DNA of 64,000 nt from an uncultured Verrucomicrobiae bacterium (GCA_963828525.1 CAWHEP010000004.1:197891-261890), one strand, 5' to 3'; counted from the first letter of the stretch, positions 34,000-45,784 are shown. Numbers and translations: made by a program. Notes: generated by a model not told the origin, from the letters alone.

Positions 34000-34981
34000 A
34001 TGACCGAAAGTCAGACCCTGCAGTTTGAAAACGCCCGGGCGTTGCAGTCGTTATTCGCCAATGACCTGAAGTTGCTTAAAGGGTCTTGAAGATGCCACTG
34101 GGGTAAAAGTCACGACCCGGGACGGCTGGGTGCGGCTCGAGGGAGCTGCTGAGCAGGTTTCTCAAGCCAAGACGGGTATTCGAGCAATTGGAACAGGCTC
34201 GACTCAGTGGAATCAATATCCGCAAGCACGAGTTCAATTATGCTGTTCGTTCCGCGACCGAGCAACAAGAGGTGGGGTTGGGGGAACTGGTGGACACCAA
34301 AATCATCTGCTCGCCGCGGCGGCCTCCGATTATCCCCAAGACTTCTGGTCAGCGAGCTTACATCCAGGCGATCCTGACCCATGATATGGTTTTCGGGGTG
34401 GGACCTGCTGGGACCGGGAAAACTTATTTGGCCATGGCCATGGCGATCTCGGCCCTCAAGAAGGAACAGGTCACCCGCATCATCCTCACCCGCCCCGCCG
34501 TTGAGGCGGGGGAGGCGCTAGGGATTTCTACCCGGCGATCTGCAGGAGAAGATTTTCCCTTACCTCCGCCCCCTCTATGATGCGCTCCATGACATGCTCG
34601 AGCCGGAGGAACTTGAGCGCTATGTCGCGCGCAACGTGATTGAGATCGCGCCCTCTCGCTTATATGCGCGGGCGGACTCTGCACAACGCCTTCATCGTGC
34701 TTGACGAAGCGCAGAACACCACCACAGAGCAGATGCTCATGTTTCTGACACGCCTTGGCGCGGAGTCCAAGTGCGTTGTTACTGGCGATCAGACCCAGAT
34801 CGATCTTCCTCCAAACAAGCGTTCCGGACTTATCGAGGGACTTCAGGCGCTGAAGAATGTTCCGGGGATCGCTTTCTGCTCCTTTGAAGAGCGCGACGTC
34901 ATTCGCCATGAACTGGTTCAATCCATCGTGAAGGCCTACCGCAAGCACCGGGGCGCGGCGGTCACCGAAACGAACAATTGA
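34000..34981 (+). CDS. phoH: PhoH family ATPase (frameshifted)
   Basis: [34 protein letters not shown], GDxTQIDL. Confidence 0.93.
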
Positions 34982-35025
34982 TTAGTCCTGGCGGATCGGT
35001 AACAATCGGCGGGTTTTGACCTTCT

Positions 35026-36660
35026 ATGCTTCGATTTTTTGAACGACATCGTTTGGTTAAGAAGGGCTTGGCCTGTTCCAAAACCCGCCGCAAGCGGACA
35101 GAAAGCGAACTTCTCCAAATTCTGGAGACGGGATCCGCGGCGAAAGCGGCCGATCTTCCTCGGTTTTATCTTTGGCCTGGCTGCTCTTATTTTTATGGCA
35201 CACAGCCGCAGCCCACCGAGAAGTTTCTGATCATGTCTTCTCATATTCCTTACGGCTCTTGCGCAGTTATGGATAAACCATCCTCTGACTTTCGCCCGGA
35301 ACTCCCGCCTGCTCCTGATGTTCTCGACTTTCCTGGCGCATCTGGCCTTGATGAAGGTGATTCTGGTGTTCGGCCGCAATGGCGCCTTTGCGGATGTTGG
35401 GGACAAGGCAATGTCGCTCCAGATCGCCACCTTTGGCTTCCTTACGCGATTGCCCCTTGGTGATGTCGGTTCTGCTCGGGAAGAATCATGGAATCTATGC
35501 GGCTACGTTCGTAAGCCTCTGGGGCTCCATCGTTTTTTATAATCAGATCGATCCCGCCAAGTTCCTGGTCATGAGTCTTATTAGTGGATTTCATCGCTGT
35601 ATTCGTGACTCTTCAGGTGCGCAGGAGAAGCCGCCTCATACGAGCGGGCGTGTTCGTTGGGCTCGCCACCTGGGTGCTCGCCCTGATCTTTGGGCTGATA
35701 GGACCTATCATCTGGGAGGCGCTGTCGGGGATGAACTGGAAGATGCTCGGCTACCAGAGTCTTGTAGCCGTCGGCAGTTCCATCGTTTCAGCGATGCTCG
35801 TGGGAGGCGCTCTGCCAGTCCTCGAAAGTTTTTTTGGGATCACCACCGACATCTCATGGCTTGAAGCGGCAGACCTCAACCATCCATTGCTGAAAAGGAT
35901 GACGATTGAGGCTCCCGGGACTTACCATCATAGCCTGGTCGTCGCCAATTTGGCCGAGGCCGCAGCCGAATCGGTTGGGGCGAATGCCACCATGTGTCGG
36001 GTCTGCGCTTACTTTCACGATATCGGAAAACTCGTGAAGCCGGAATACTTCACGGAAAATATGTCATACGACCAGAATCCGCATCTGGATCTGGCTCCTA
36101 CCATGAGCGCTCTTATCATCCTCGCGCATGTAAAAGAGGGCGTCGATCTTGCGCTTAAGTACAAGCTCAATCAACAGGTGGTGGATGTGATACAGCAGCA
36201 TCACGGCACATCTTTGGTTCTCTTCTTTTATCGCAGGGCGTTGCAGTTGCAGGAGGACGCGCGACAGGGTGGGAAGATCATGAATATAAGGGAAGGGGAC
36301 ATCCCCGAAGTCCGGGAGGAAAGCTTCCGCTACACGGGCCCGAGGCCCCAGTCTAAAGAATGCGGCATCATCAGTCTGGCCGACGCGGTGGAGAGCGCCT
36401 CGAGTAGTCTCGAAAAGGTATCTCCCCAAAAACTGGATCAGCTTATTAGCGACATCGTGGAGAAGCGTATCCAGGACAGCCAACTGGATGAATGCAGCCT
36501 AACAGTTAAGGAATTGCGGCAGATTTCAGAGAGCTTCCGATTCACTCTCATGAATATGCTGCATAGCCGGATCGCCTATCCGGAAGCGCATGCGGCTAAG
36601 CCACACGCCGGCGCGCATGTCGTTCATCGCGTGGAGGCTCCGCCAGTATCTGCCGCGTAA
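35026..36660 (+). CDS. 7TM-HD (HDIG) phosphohydrolase, PgpH/YqfF-like (frameshifted)
   Basis: TM region followed by APGTYHHS, HDIGK, HHGT and LADAVE; conserved phoH-HD-ybeY order. Confidence 0.88.
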
Positions 36661-36677
36661 CTGTTGCTTCAAGAAAG

Positions 36678-37127
36678 ATGAAGATCACTGTGCGCAACCA
36701 GCAGAGGACCGCGCCCGTCCCGGCGCGGCGGCTGAATGCCTTCGCGCGGCGCGCAAGCCAGGCATGCCTTCAGATGGCATCCGACTCCAGTCCGCTTCCG
36801 GGCCTCGCAGAGGTGGCCGTTCTGATTGTGTCCGACGCTCAGATTGCAGACCTGCATCAGCGCTTCATGCAGATTGCCGGTCCTACGGATATCATCACCT
36901 TTGAGCATGGCGATATCGCGATCAGCGCCGAGACAGCGATGAGAAATGCCGTTCGCTACAATGCGAGTTTGGAAGAAGAACTGGAGCTCTGCATCGCGCA
37001 TGGGTTGCTTCATCTCAGTGGTTTTGATGACAAGCGGAACTGCGATGCGGCTGCCATGCGCGCGGCGGAAATGAAGGTTCTTGCCATGTGCCGCGCGCCA
37101 ATTGCTCTTTCTGCTTCCACCGCCTGA
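36678..37127 (+). CDS. ybeY: rRNA maturation endoribonuclease YbeY
   Basis: PTDIITF, HGLLHLxGFD. Confidence 0.9.
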   Translation: MKITVRNQQRTAPVPARRLNAFARRASQACLQMASDSSPLPGLAEVAVLIVSDAQIADLHQRFMQIAGPTDIITFEHGDIAISAETAMRNAVRYNASLEEELELCIAHGLLHLSGFDDKRNCDAAAMRAAEMKVLAMCRAPIALSASTA

Positions 37128-37133
37128 ACCCTC

Positions 37134-38189
37134 ATGACTATGCGCCCCCCCCGAACTCAATCCTTAAAACTTTATGCCACGCTTGCGGCCGTTGCCACGG
37201 CTCAGTCTCTGGCCGCAATGGCGCAGGACAGCAACGCGCCAATCGATCCCAAGGGCATTCTATCCGCCCTCTCTGTGATCAAGACAAAACAGTCCGATGC
37301 CGAAAAGGCCCAAAAAAACAAGGTTTTCCACGAGATACAGGCCGCGTCCAGCGACAATTCCTCGGCGGTGGCCTTTCTCGAAGAGGCTGTAAGGGCAACC
37401 AGGTTCCAGGGCGAAAGCCGGGAGCAAACGCAGTTTCGGGATTGGAAAAAGAAGCAAGCGGATGAGATGAAAAAACCTGCCTTCCAGACGGCGGTGCGTC
37501 TTCACCTTGCTTACCTTGTTCTGACCCTTGAACGCGCCAACGGATGGACTTCCAAGCAGATTCTACCCTCCCTGCTCTCGTACATCGCGCAAGCGCAGAG
37601 CGCATCGGATTCGTTGGGCGATCCCATGATGCAGCATGAAATTGGCGGGAGCATCTTCGTCACTTGGTATCAGATCGGCTCCTGGGTGCAACAAGCCGAC
37701 GATTGGGAATCGAAGCCCGGCAACATTGACGGAATGTGGCAGAAGGTGATCCTCCCTGAAATGCGCGCTCAGAAAGACCCGCGTATTCTCGATTACTGGG
37801 GTAACAAACTCGATGCGGAATCCAGCGCTGCCACCAGGTCAGGCCGCACATTTGACGTAGAGCGGTTCAATACCATTCGTCGGCCGAGTTTGATGTGGCA
37901 GCGCGCCCAAGACTTGCTCGCCATCGGGCAGAAGAATGCGGCGGTTAATGTTATGTTCGCTTTGATAAAGGAAAATCCGGCGCATCCCGAAGAGGCAAGC
38001 TGGGTCGCTGCGCTCGAGGGCATTCTCAAACCGCCCGCTCCCGAGCCTGCCTCTGTCGTTCCGGCGCCAACTGCTGCCGCGCAACTGCCTGCCACGTCCC
38101 CTGCGCCTGCGGTGGTTCCCGACATCACGCCCGCTCCCTCTCCCGTTTCATCACCCTCCACCCTCAAAAAGCCATGGTGGAAGGAATGA
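37134..38189 (+). CDS. Secreted helical hypothetical protein with Pro/Ala-rich tail
   Basis: Signal peptide ending AMA-Q; operonic spacing. Confidence 0.75.
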   Translation: MTMRPPRTQSLKLYATLAAVATAQSLAAMAQDSNAPIDPKGILSALSVIKTKQSDAEKAQKNKVFHEIQAASSDNSSAVAFLEEAVRATRFQGESREQTQFRDWKKKQADEMKKPAFQTAVRLHLAYLVLTLERANGWTSKQILPSLLSYIAQAQSASDSLGDPMMQHEIGGSIFVTWYQIGSWVQQADDWESKPGNIDGMWQKVILPEMRAQKDPRILDYWGNKLDAESSAATRSGRTFDVERFNTIRRPSLMWQRAQDLLAIGQKNAAVNVMFALIKENPAHPEEASWVAALEGILKPPAPEPASVVPAPTAAAQLPATSPAPAVVPDITPAPSPVSSPSTLKKPWWKE

Positions 38190-38467
38190 CCGAGACCGCT
38201 GTTGTTCAGGAGACAGCCACCGAAGAAGCGGCGGACAAGCCGTGGAACGTCGTGGTTCACAACGATCCCGTGAATCTCATGAGCTACGTGATGATGGTGT
38301 TCCAAAAGGTCTTCGGCTTTTCGAGCGACCGTGCCCGCCGGCATATGCTGGAGGTTCATCACAGCGGACGCTCCATCGTGTGGAGCGGGTTACGGGAAAC
38401 CGCCGAGATGTACATCCAGCGGTTGCATGGGTATCTATTGCTCGCCACCCTGGAGAAGATGGATTAG
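38186..38467 (+). CDS. clpS: ATP-dependent Clp protease adaptor ClpS
   Basis: WNVVVHNDPVNLMSYV, MLEVHxxG. Confidence 0.92.
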   Translation: MTETAVVQETATEEAADKPWNVVVHNDPVNLMSYVMMVFQKVFGFSSDRARRHMLEVHHSGRSIVWSGLRETAEMYIQRLHGYLLLATLEKMD

Positions 38468-38469
38468 CG

Positions 38470-38955
38470 GTGGAGATCAGCCGTCTCGACGCGAATACCC
38501 TGGCAATTACGCGCCTCGACCCTTTCCTCGTCGAGCTGCTCCGCCAGATCCCGCTTTGTGCTGACCCTTCCGGCAGTGAAGCCGCGACCGAGCGCATCTT
38601 CACCCGTCCCTCCGACGACGAGGAACTCTGTGAAGAATGGAAGGAATACGTCCAGCCTGAGCTGCGCCACATCTTTGAAGGCGCCTCCGCAACGGTGACC
38701 GGCGATCTTGCCCACTTAAAGCAAAAGTCTGACGGTTCTCATCATATGAGTCTGCGCGATAGTCACGTCGACGCATGGCTGAACTGTCTAAATCAGGCGC
38801 GGCTGGTTGTCGCAGCCAGGAACAAATTCACCGAGGAGGATATGGATCAGGAGTTCGGCGTTGTAATCAGTTCCCAGCGGGAGTTCGATCTCTTTCGCAT
38901 CCATTTTTACGGGCTGATCCAGGAGAGTCTGCTGCGCCTCATGGCGGGCAGGTGA
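38470..38955 (+). CDS. DUF2017-like protein
   Basis: DP...RIF..P, EWKEYVQPEL, AWLNCLNQARL; directly after clpS. Confidence 0.7.
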   Translation: MEISRLDANTLAITRLDPFLVELLRQIPLCADPSGSEAATERIFTRPSDDEELCEEWKEYVQPELRHIFEGASATVTGDLAHLKQKSDGSHHMSLRDSHVDAWLNCLNQARLVVAARNKFTEEDMDQEFGVVISSQREFDLFRIHFYGLIQESLLRLMAGR

Positions 38956-39005
38956 CCACGCAGTTTGGCGTTGTCCGCCCCTGATCTTCGCTGTTATCTC
39001 GACTG

Positions 39006-40415
39006 ATGAGAGAATTCATCAACGACGATTTCCTGCTGCAGACTCCGGCGGCTCGTGATCTGTATCACGAGTATGCGGCTGGCTGCCGGGTATACGACTA
39101 TCACTGCCATCTCCCTGCCAGCCAGATCGCCGAAAATAGAGTGTTCCGGAACCTTTATGAGGTTTGGCTGGCTGGAGACCACTATAAGTGGCGCGCGATG
39201 CGGGCGAACGGCATCGATGAGGAATTCTGCACCGGGAACGCAAGCGACTTCGACAAATTCGCCGCCTACGCGCGGACGGTGCCGTACACGTTGCGCAATC
39301 CCCTCTACCACTGGACGCACCTGGAACTTAAAAGGTATTTCGGCATCAGTGAACTGCTGAACGAAGACACGGCGAAGGTCATCTGGGAAAAGGCGAACGA
39401 GCAGCTCGCATGCGCGCCGGTTCAGGACATCATTGCCCGCAGTCGCGTCGCGGTGATCTGCACGACAGACGATCCGACCGACACCCTGGATTCCCACATC
39501 AAGATCCGGGAACAAGGGACACTGAGAGTTTACCCCACGTTTCGTCCGGATAAGGCCTTGCAGATCGATCAGCCCGCCGCCTTCAACGAGTGGGTTGATC
39601 AACTGGCGCGGGTCAGCGGAATCAGCTGTGCTTCCTTCGCCTCTTTCATGGACGCGATCACCCAGCGCCACGATTTCTTCCACTCGTTGGGCGGGCGCCT
39701 TTCGGATCACGGCCTTTCATTCTGCGAAAGCTCACCATGCTCGGACGAGCAAGCTTCGAATGCTTTCGAAGCCGCCCGGGCGGGCAGGGAGGTGGACGCG
39801 TCACAGGCGGCTTCCTTTCGGAGTTACATGATGCTTTTCTTTGGCAGGTTGGACGCGATGAAGGGTTGGACGAAGCAACTGCACCTCGGTGCAAAACGGA
39901 ATAACAGTACTCGCTTCACCAAGAGCCTTGGTCCCGACACCGGTTTTGACTCCATTGGTGATGATCTTCAGGCGGAGCGATTGGGCGGCTACCTGGATGC
40001 GTTGGACGCGGAGGGCTGCCTTCCAAAGATGATCCTCTATAACGTGAACCCGTCTCAGAACTACCTTTTCGCTACCATGGCTGGAAATTTCCAAGGCGGG
40101 AAAACACCAGGAAAGATACAGTTCGGAAGTGGCTGGTGGTTCCTGGACCAGAAAGAGGCGATGGAGTGGCAAATGAACGCTCTCTCGAACATCGGACTTC
40201 TTAGCCGTTTTGTCGGAATGACTACGGATTCACGCAGCTTCCTTTCCTTCCCAAGGCACGAGTATTTCCGCCGCGTCCTATGCAACCTCATCGGTAGCGA
40301 TGTTCAGAATGGGGAGATCCCCAATGACAAGGAACTGTTGAGCCGCCTGGTCAAAGGCGTGTGTTTCGACAATGCGGAGCGCTACTTCCAACTGGACTTG
40401 GGCCAGGCGGGCTAA
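39006..40415 (+). CDS. uxaC: Uronate (glucuronate) isomerase
   Basis: DYHCHL, GDHYKWRAMR, NPLYHWTHLEL, GWWFLD, TDSRSFLSFPRHEYFRR. Confidence 0.96.
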   Translation: MREFINDDFLLQTPAARDLYHEYAAGCRVYDYHCHLPASQIAENRVFRNLYEVWLAGDHYKWRAMRANGIDEEFCTGNASDFDKFAAYARTVPYTLRNPLYHWTHLELKRYFGISELLNEDTAKVIWEKANEQLACAPVQDIIARSRVAVICTTDDPTDTLDSHIKIREQGTLRVYPTFRPDKALQIDQPAAFNEWVDQLARVSGISCASFASFMDAITQRHDFFHSLGGRLSDHGLSFCESSPCSDEQASNAFEAARAGREVDASQAASFRSYMMLFFGRLDAMKGWTKQLHLGAKRNNSTRFTKSLGPDTGFDSIGDDLQAERLGGYLDALDAEGCLPKMILYNVNPSQNYLFATMAGNFQGGKTPGKIQFGSGWWFLDQKEAMEWQMNALSNIGLLSRFVGMTTDSRSFLSFPRHEYFRRVLCNLIGSDVQNGEIPNDKELLSRLVKGVCFDNAERYFQLDLGQAG

Positions 40416-40423
40416 TCGTTATA

Positions 40424-41446
40424 CTAATGGAATAGCCGTCCGAAAAACCCCTGCCTTTGAAGATAGTGCTGGTGGTAGTCCTCCGCCGCGTAGAACTCCT
40501 TGGCCGGGGTCACTTCCGTTACAATAGAATTATTGTAGCCTCCCTCCGTGTTCATCTTCTGCTTCGAGGCCTCCGCCGCCGTCTTCTGTTCGGGCGTGGT
40601 GTAGAAGATCGCTGAACGATAGCTGTCCCCTATGTCGGGCCCCTGCCCGTCCTTCTGGGAGGGATCATGCATTTTCCAGAACTGCTCCAGAAGCTGGTCG
40701 TAAGTCACGATGGCCGGATCGAACTCAACTTCCACTGCCTCGGCGTGCCCTGTCGTATGCGAGCACACATCCTCATACGTTGGGTTTGCAAGTTTGCCGC
40801 CCGTGTAGCCGACAGTTGTCTTCAGCACACCCTTCGTCTTGTCGAATTTGTCCTGCACTCCCCAGAAGCAGCCGGCGGCGAATATCGCTTTTTCTGTGTT
40901 CATCTCCGCGGCGGCGCCTCCCGGCTTTCCTTTCTGGAAATCCAGCGACACAGAGTTCATGCAAAATCGTTCCCCTGTGGGCGCCGGCCCGTCGGGGAAG
41001 ACATGCCCCAGATGCGAGCCGCACCGCGCGCAGGACACCTCATCCCTTGACATACCCAGGCTGTCATCCGTCGAGATCGCCACGGCCCCCTTGGTGACGG
41101 GAGCGTAGAAACTCGGCCATCCGGTGCCAGATTCGAACTTCGTATCCGAGAGAAATAAGGCGTTGCCACATGCCGCGCAGAAATATTCCCCTTTCTCATG
41201 GTTATCCCAGTAGGCGTTGTGAAACGGGGTCTCAGTGCCAGACTCCCGCAGCACGCGGTATTGCTCGGGCTTGAGAACTTTCTTCCACTCCTCATTGCTG
41301 ATTTTTACTTTTTCATTCATAGGGATTGCTTTTATTTTTGCCCGAATTCGGGCGGTTTCGGCATCATCTGATTTTGCCGCCGGGACACAGGAGCAGAGCA
41401 GGAGAATGCACGCGAAGATCAGTCTCATCGGTTTCATATTGGACAT
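40424..41446 (-). CDS. msrAB: Exported MsrB-MsrA methionine sulfoxide reductase fusion
   Basis: Lipoprotein-like signal (LLLCSC), MsrB GWPSF...RFCMNS with two CxxC, MsrA GCFWG and AEDYHQ. Confidence 0.92.
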   Translation of the reverse strand: MSNMKPMRLIFACILLLCSCVPAAKSDDAETARIRAKIKAIPMNEKVKISNEEWKKVLKPEQYRVLRESGTETPFHNAYWDNHEKGEYFCAACGNALFLSDTKFESGTGWPSFYAPVTKGAVAISTDDSLGMSRDEVSCARCGSHLGHVFPDGPAPTGERFCMNSVSLDFQKGKPGGAAAEMNTEKAIFAAGCFWGVQDKFDKTKGVLKTTVGYTGGKLANPTYEDVCSHTTGHAEAVEVEFDPAIVTYDQLLEQFWKMHDPSQKDGQGPDIGDSYRSAIFYTTPEQKTAAEASKQKMNTEGGYNNSIVTEVTPAKEFYAAEDYHQHYLQRQGFFGRLFH

Positions 41447-41606
41447 ACGTCAGCGGGATAAGTTCAGTTGTATCGCAACTGCGACATTCCATGATAAGAG
41501 CTCCACGCCGCCTGTATATTCCGGCGCGGGGGGCAAATCCATGGCTCCTGACCGCGTTTGATCAAGTGTCTTTACTTGTAGGCCCGCGGAATCCAATGAA
41601 TGGGCT

Positions 41607-42320
41607 GTGACCGCGTTCTCCAATCCCCAGACATGGCTGAGCCTGCTCACGCTTACAGCCATGGAGATCGTTCTTGGGATTGATAACATCATATTCCTGG
41701 CGATCCTCACCGGGAAACTTCCTCCGGCCAGGCAGGCATTTACCCGCGCACTGGGCCTCACGCTCGCGCTGTTCACGCGAATCGCTCTATTATGCGCTGT
41801 ATTCTGGCTCATTGGGCTCGCGCGCCCTCTATTTTCCGTCTTTAACCACGCCTTCTCGGTCAAAGACTTGATCATGATAGGGGGTGGATTGTTTCTAATC
41901 GTCAAAGCCACTCAGGAAATACACGACAAAACAGAGGGGCCGGGTTCCGACAGCAGCCGGCCGGCAGCCGCCGCGAAGCTCCCCGCTGTGCTCGCCCAAA
42001 TTGTCCTCCTCGACATTGTTTTCTCGATCGATTCCATCATCACGGCGGTCGGTCTTTCAGGAAATCTCCCGGTGATGATCGCCGCGATCACCCTTGCAAT
42101 CGGTGTGATGCTTTTCTGCTCAGGTATTGTCAGCAACTACATCAATCGCCATCCCAGTCTCAAGATGCTGGCCGTGAGCTTGCTCATGCTGATCGGCGTC
42201 ATGCTCGTGGCGGACGGATTCGGTGAGCACATCCCGCGCGGATACATCTACTTTGCCGTGGCGTTCTCGATGAGCGTCGAAATGCTGCAGTTGCGCTCAC
42301 GCGCTCGGCGCTCGAGATGA
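41607..42320 (+). CDS. TerC family membrane protein
   Basis: EIVLGIDN, DIVFSIDSIITAVG, GYIYFAVAFS. Confidence 0.92.
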   Translation: MTAFSNPQTWLSLLTLTAMEIVLGIDNIIFLAILTGKLPPARQAFTRALGLTLALFTRIALLCAVFWLIGLARPLFSVFNHAFSVKDLIMIGGGLFLIVKATQEIHDKTEGPGSDSSRPAAAAKLPAVLAQIVLLDIVFSIDSIITAVGLSGNLPVMIAAITLAIGVMLFCSGIVSNYINRHPSLKMLAVSLLMLIGVMLVADGFGEHIPRGYIYFAVAFSMSVEMLQLRSRARRSR

Positions 42321-42391
42321 ACGCGCGAAAGACACTCATCGTCATGCGAGAATTTCGCAAGCTGCGGCACGGTCTGGCACTGGCGGGCCGT

Positions 42392-45300
42392 TTACCTTTG
42401 CTCCCCAATTTCGGCGAGCGCCCGCCGGAGTTGCGCGAAGTCCACAGGCTTTGTGAGGTGCGCCACAAACCCGGCTTCTCGCGAGCGTAGGATGTCCTCA
42501 TCCATGCCGTAACCTGAAAGCGCTATGCCGCGCAGCCCATACAAAGCTCTCAGTCGTCTCATGAGATCGATGCCCGTCCCATCCGGGAGGCCAATATCGG
42601 AAATAACCAGATCGAACGCGCTGTTCTCTGCTTGCGCCATCGCCTCCGCCACGCAGGAGGCGTTGAACACCGTATGTCCTTCCCGCGTCAGCAGCCGTTC
42701 GAGCACGCGAAGTGTTGGCTGATGATCTTCGACCAAAAGTAATCGGCGAGGCCTGCGAGTCGCCTCCGCAATGGGAGCTTTCGGCACAGGCTGCGAAATT
42801 TCTGGCATTATCTCCGCCCCAGGCAAGGCAATGCGGAAAGTTGCTCCGCGTCCCACGCCCTCGCTGGACGCGGTGATCTCTCCGCCGTGCATTAGGACCA
42901 TGGACCGGGAGATCGCCAACCCGAGCCCAAGACCCCCAAACCTGTGGTGGGTCTCCCGCTCCCCCTGGTCGAAAGGCTTGAAGATGCTCTCGAGCTCAGA
43001 ACTTCGCAGCCCGATGCCGGTATCGCTTATTTCGATTACCAAGCCATCAGATTCATCTCGCGAATGCACGAGTATGCGCCCGCCTGACGGGGTGAACTTC
43101 ACAGCATTTTTGAGGATGTTCCAGAAGACCTGCTGCAACCGCGCTGGGTCGCCGATAAGACAAGTGCGGAGCGCTTCGAGTTGAAAGCCAAGCAGCAGTT
43201 CCTTTTCCAATGCTTCATCCCGGACAATTTCAGCGGCGAGGTGGATGAGCGAATGCGCCTCACAGGGTCCTTCCCGAAGCCGGAGCTTACCGTGCGAAAT
43301 CCGCGTGAGATCAAGCAGATCATCAATCAGCCGCGCCTCCAGGGAGATGTTTCGCCGCATCATGGAAAGGCCTTCCTGCATAGCGGGGGGCAGGGAAGGG
43401 TCACCGCATAGGTCTTCCGCCATCATCAGCACCGGGGTCAGCGGAGTTCGCAGCTCGTGCGAAAGAGCGGCGAGAAAGTCGTCTTTCGCGCGGCTTGCCG
43501 CCTCGGCCTGGTCCCGCGCCCGAGCCAGGGCGTCCGCAGCCTCGCGCTGTTCAGTCACGTCCGTGTTCGTGCCGAACCACAATGTCACCTTCCCGCTCTC
43601 ATCCCGGATGGGCGTGGCGCGCGAGAGGAACCAGCGGAATTTCCCGTGTTTGCTCCGCAGCGGAAACGTATCCTCCCAAGCGCTTCCCTCCCTCAAGTGA
43701 ATTCCCCACTTCTCGGTCACTCGGGATATGTGATCGGGGTGGTGTACCTTTTGCCAGCCCCACCCCTGCATCTCCTCCAGGCTCGTGCCGGTGTAGTCGA
43801 ACCAGCGCTTATTGTACCAAAAGATCGCTCCGTCACATTCCGCCATCCAGGCCAACTGCGTCATGTTGTCGGCAAGCGCGCGGAACCGCTCTTCACTGCT
43901 TTGAAGGGCGGCTTCGACCTGGCGGCGCTCTGTGATGTCCACAAAGGCTCCCACGCTTCCGCGCGGGCTGCCATGCTCGTCGAATAGGGGAGCGGCATAC
44001 TCCAGAAGGCGCGTCACTTTGCCATCGTTGTGCGCTATGTTCAGCTCGATCGCGTCCACCGCTTGCCCTAGCCGCGCGGCGATCTGCATCGGCAGGTTTG
44101 CTGCCGGAATTTCGCGGCCTTCATCATCCACGCACTTGAAATGGCTGGTTACATCCTGCTCCGGCCCGCTCTTGGACGCGTTGGTCTCCACCCCCACGCG
44201 CAGCAGTTTTGCAAACGCCGGGTTGATGCGGATGTTTGCGCATTCACGGTCCAACGCGATCCCGATGCCAATTGGCAGCACCTCCAGCAGGGTCTCCATC
44301 TCAGCAAGCCGCTCGCGCCCTTCCATTCCCAACTTCGCTACCTCTTCCTGGGCCATGCGGCTCGCGGTGATATCGTTGAACAATACAGCGATCTGCGGTG
44401 TTCCCGCCGACTTTAGCGGGAATGCGTACACGTCGAACCAACGGCCCAGCGCCCCGGAGCATTGAATAAACCGGGAGGGCGCTCCTGTACGCGCGACTTC
44501 TTCATAGATATTAAACCAGTTCGCCTCCAGACCGGGGATGAGTTCGCGGGCTGTCCTCCCTTCCACTTCGCGCAAACCAGTTTGCATCTGGAAAGCAGGA
44601 TTCACTTCAAGGTAACGGAAATCAGTCACATGGGACTCGGCATCAAACAGAAGCTCAAGCACGCAAAACCCTTCATCGATCGAGTCGAACAGCGTGCGGT
44701 ACTTCCGTTCACTCTCTCTCAAGGCGGCTTCGGCGCGTCCACGCTCGACCGCCTCCCAGAGTATGTTGACGGCGACGCCGGCAAGGTCCGCTTCCTGTGG
44801 AGTCCACCTTCGGGACGCGCTGCTGTTGAGCCACAATAAAGCCACAAGCCGGCCGTCTTTCCTAAGCGGCATGACAAGCGCGCCTCGCAGATTTATGGCA
44901 GAGTAGGCCTCGCGTTGAAGCGCAATGCGGGGGTCGGTTGCGGCATCCTCCAAGATGTAGGGCTGCCCGTTTCGCAATTGCTCGCCCAAATCGGTGCCGT
45001 AATCGGTGAGGCGCATTCGGGCAAGCAGACTCGGCATGCCGGGCGCGAGCCACTCACCCAGCGTCTGAAGGTGTTCTTCATCGGCCTCCGCTTCCGCAAA
45101 GCCTGTTCGTTCCACGCGGAAATGCTCCGCGATCAGCCGTGTCACAGTAGCGGCCATTGCGCTCACATCTGCCAGCGATCGCACCGCTGCGGAGATCCTT
45201 AGCAAAAGTTGCGTGCGCTCTTCACTTGCCAGCAGCGCCTCCGCGCGGGCCGCAATGGTGGCGTTTTGCGCGCTTTCCTGATGGCTTATTCGCAATTCCA

Positions 45301-45784
45301 ACTGCGCGACCACCTGCCTGGATAGCGCCGCAAGCGCTTGGCGCTGTTTTTCCGAAAGACCCTGAGGCCGCGGCATGGTGTCCAGGACGCAGATCGAGCC
45401 AAGAACCTGCCCTTGGGGCGTCACGAGTGGTTCGCCGGCATAGAAGCGCAGCTTCGGTTCGCCGAAGGGAGCGCACCTCCCTGCGAATCGTTCATCTTCC
45501 AGCGAGTCCTTTACTTCCAGAGACGCTCCGCTCTCGACCACCCAGGGACAAAAGCCTAGATCCGCCGACGTGCCATCCGCCTCCACGCCTGCGTGCGCCT
45601 TGAACCATTGCCGTTTCCCATCAACGAAGCTTATCAGCGCAAGCGGCGCGTTGCAGACATACGCGGCCAGCGCCGCGAGGTCGTCGTAAGATTTCTCTGG
45701 CGGGGTATCAACTATCCCATACGCCGCGAGCGCGGCAAGACGCGCCGGGTCTCGAATCGCGGGAGAATGGGGGCCGAACGCCAT
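42392..45784 (-). CDS. Cytoplasmic hybrid histidine kinase (GAF-GAF-PAS-PAS-PAS-HisKA-HATPase-REC)
   Basis: LSHELRTPL, NAVKFT, GLGLGL, LLVED...DIGLPD; no TM segment. Confidence 0.92.
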   Translation of the reverse strand: MAFGPHSPAIRDPARLAALAAYGIVDTPPEKSYDDLAALAAYVCNAPLALISFVDGKRQWFKAHAGVEADGTSADLGFCPWVVESGASLEVKDSLEDERFAGRCAPFGEPKLRFYAGEPLVTPQGQVLGSICVLDTMPRPQGLSEKQRQALAALSRQVVAQLELRISHQESAQNATIAARAEALLASEERTQLLLRISAAVRSLADVSAMAATVTRLIAEHFRVERTGFAEAEADEEHLQTLGEWLAPGMPSLLARMRLTDYGTDLGEQLRNGQPYILEDAATDPRIALQREAYSAINLRGALVMPLRKDGRLVALLWLNSSASRRWTPQEADLAGVAVNILWEAVERGRAEAALRESERKYRTLFDSIDEGFCVLELLFDAESHVTDFRYLEVNPAFQMQTGLREVEGRTARELIPGLEANWFNIYEEVARTGAPSRFIQCSGALGRWFDVYAFPLKSAGTPQIAVLFNDITASRMAQEEVAKLGMEGRERLAEMETLLEVLPIGIGIALDRECANIRINPAFAKLLRVGVETNASKSGPEQDVTSHFKCVDDEGREIPAANLPMQIAARLGQAVDAIELNIAHNDGKVTRLLEYAAPLFDEHGSPRGSVGAFVDITERRQVEAALQSSEERFRALADNMTQLAWMAECDGAIFWYNKRWFDYTGTSLEEMQGWGWQKVHHPDHISRVTEKWGIHLREGSAWEDTFPLRSKHGKFRWFLSRATPIRDESGKVTLWFGTNTDVTEQREAADALARARDQAEAASRAKDDFLAALSHELRTPLTPVLMMAEDLCGDPSLPPAMQEGLSMMRRNISLEARLIDDLLDLTRISHGKLRLREGPCEAHSLIHLAAEIVRDEALEKELLLGFQLEALRTCLIGDPARLQQVFWNILKNAVKFTPSGGRILVHSRDESDGLVIEISDTGIGLRSSELESIFKPFDQGERETHHRFGGLGLGLAISRSMVLMHGGEITASSEGVGRGATFRIALPGAEIMPEISQPVPKAPIAEATRRPRRLLLVEDHQPTLRVLERLLTREGHTVFNASCVAEAMAQAENSAFDLVISDIGLPDGTGIDLMRRLRALYGLRGIALSGYGMDEDILRSREAGFVAHLTKPVDFAQLRRALAEIGEQR

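Noticed and set aside
43434..43442. GGGGTCAG-like sequence within the kinase gene
   Set aside because: Short match inside the conserved LRTPLTP codons; it lacks the GCTGCAT continuation.
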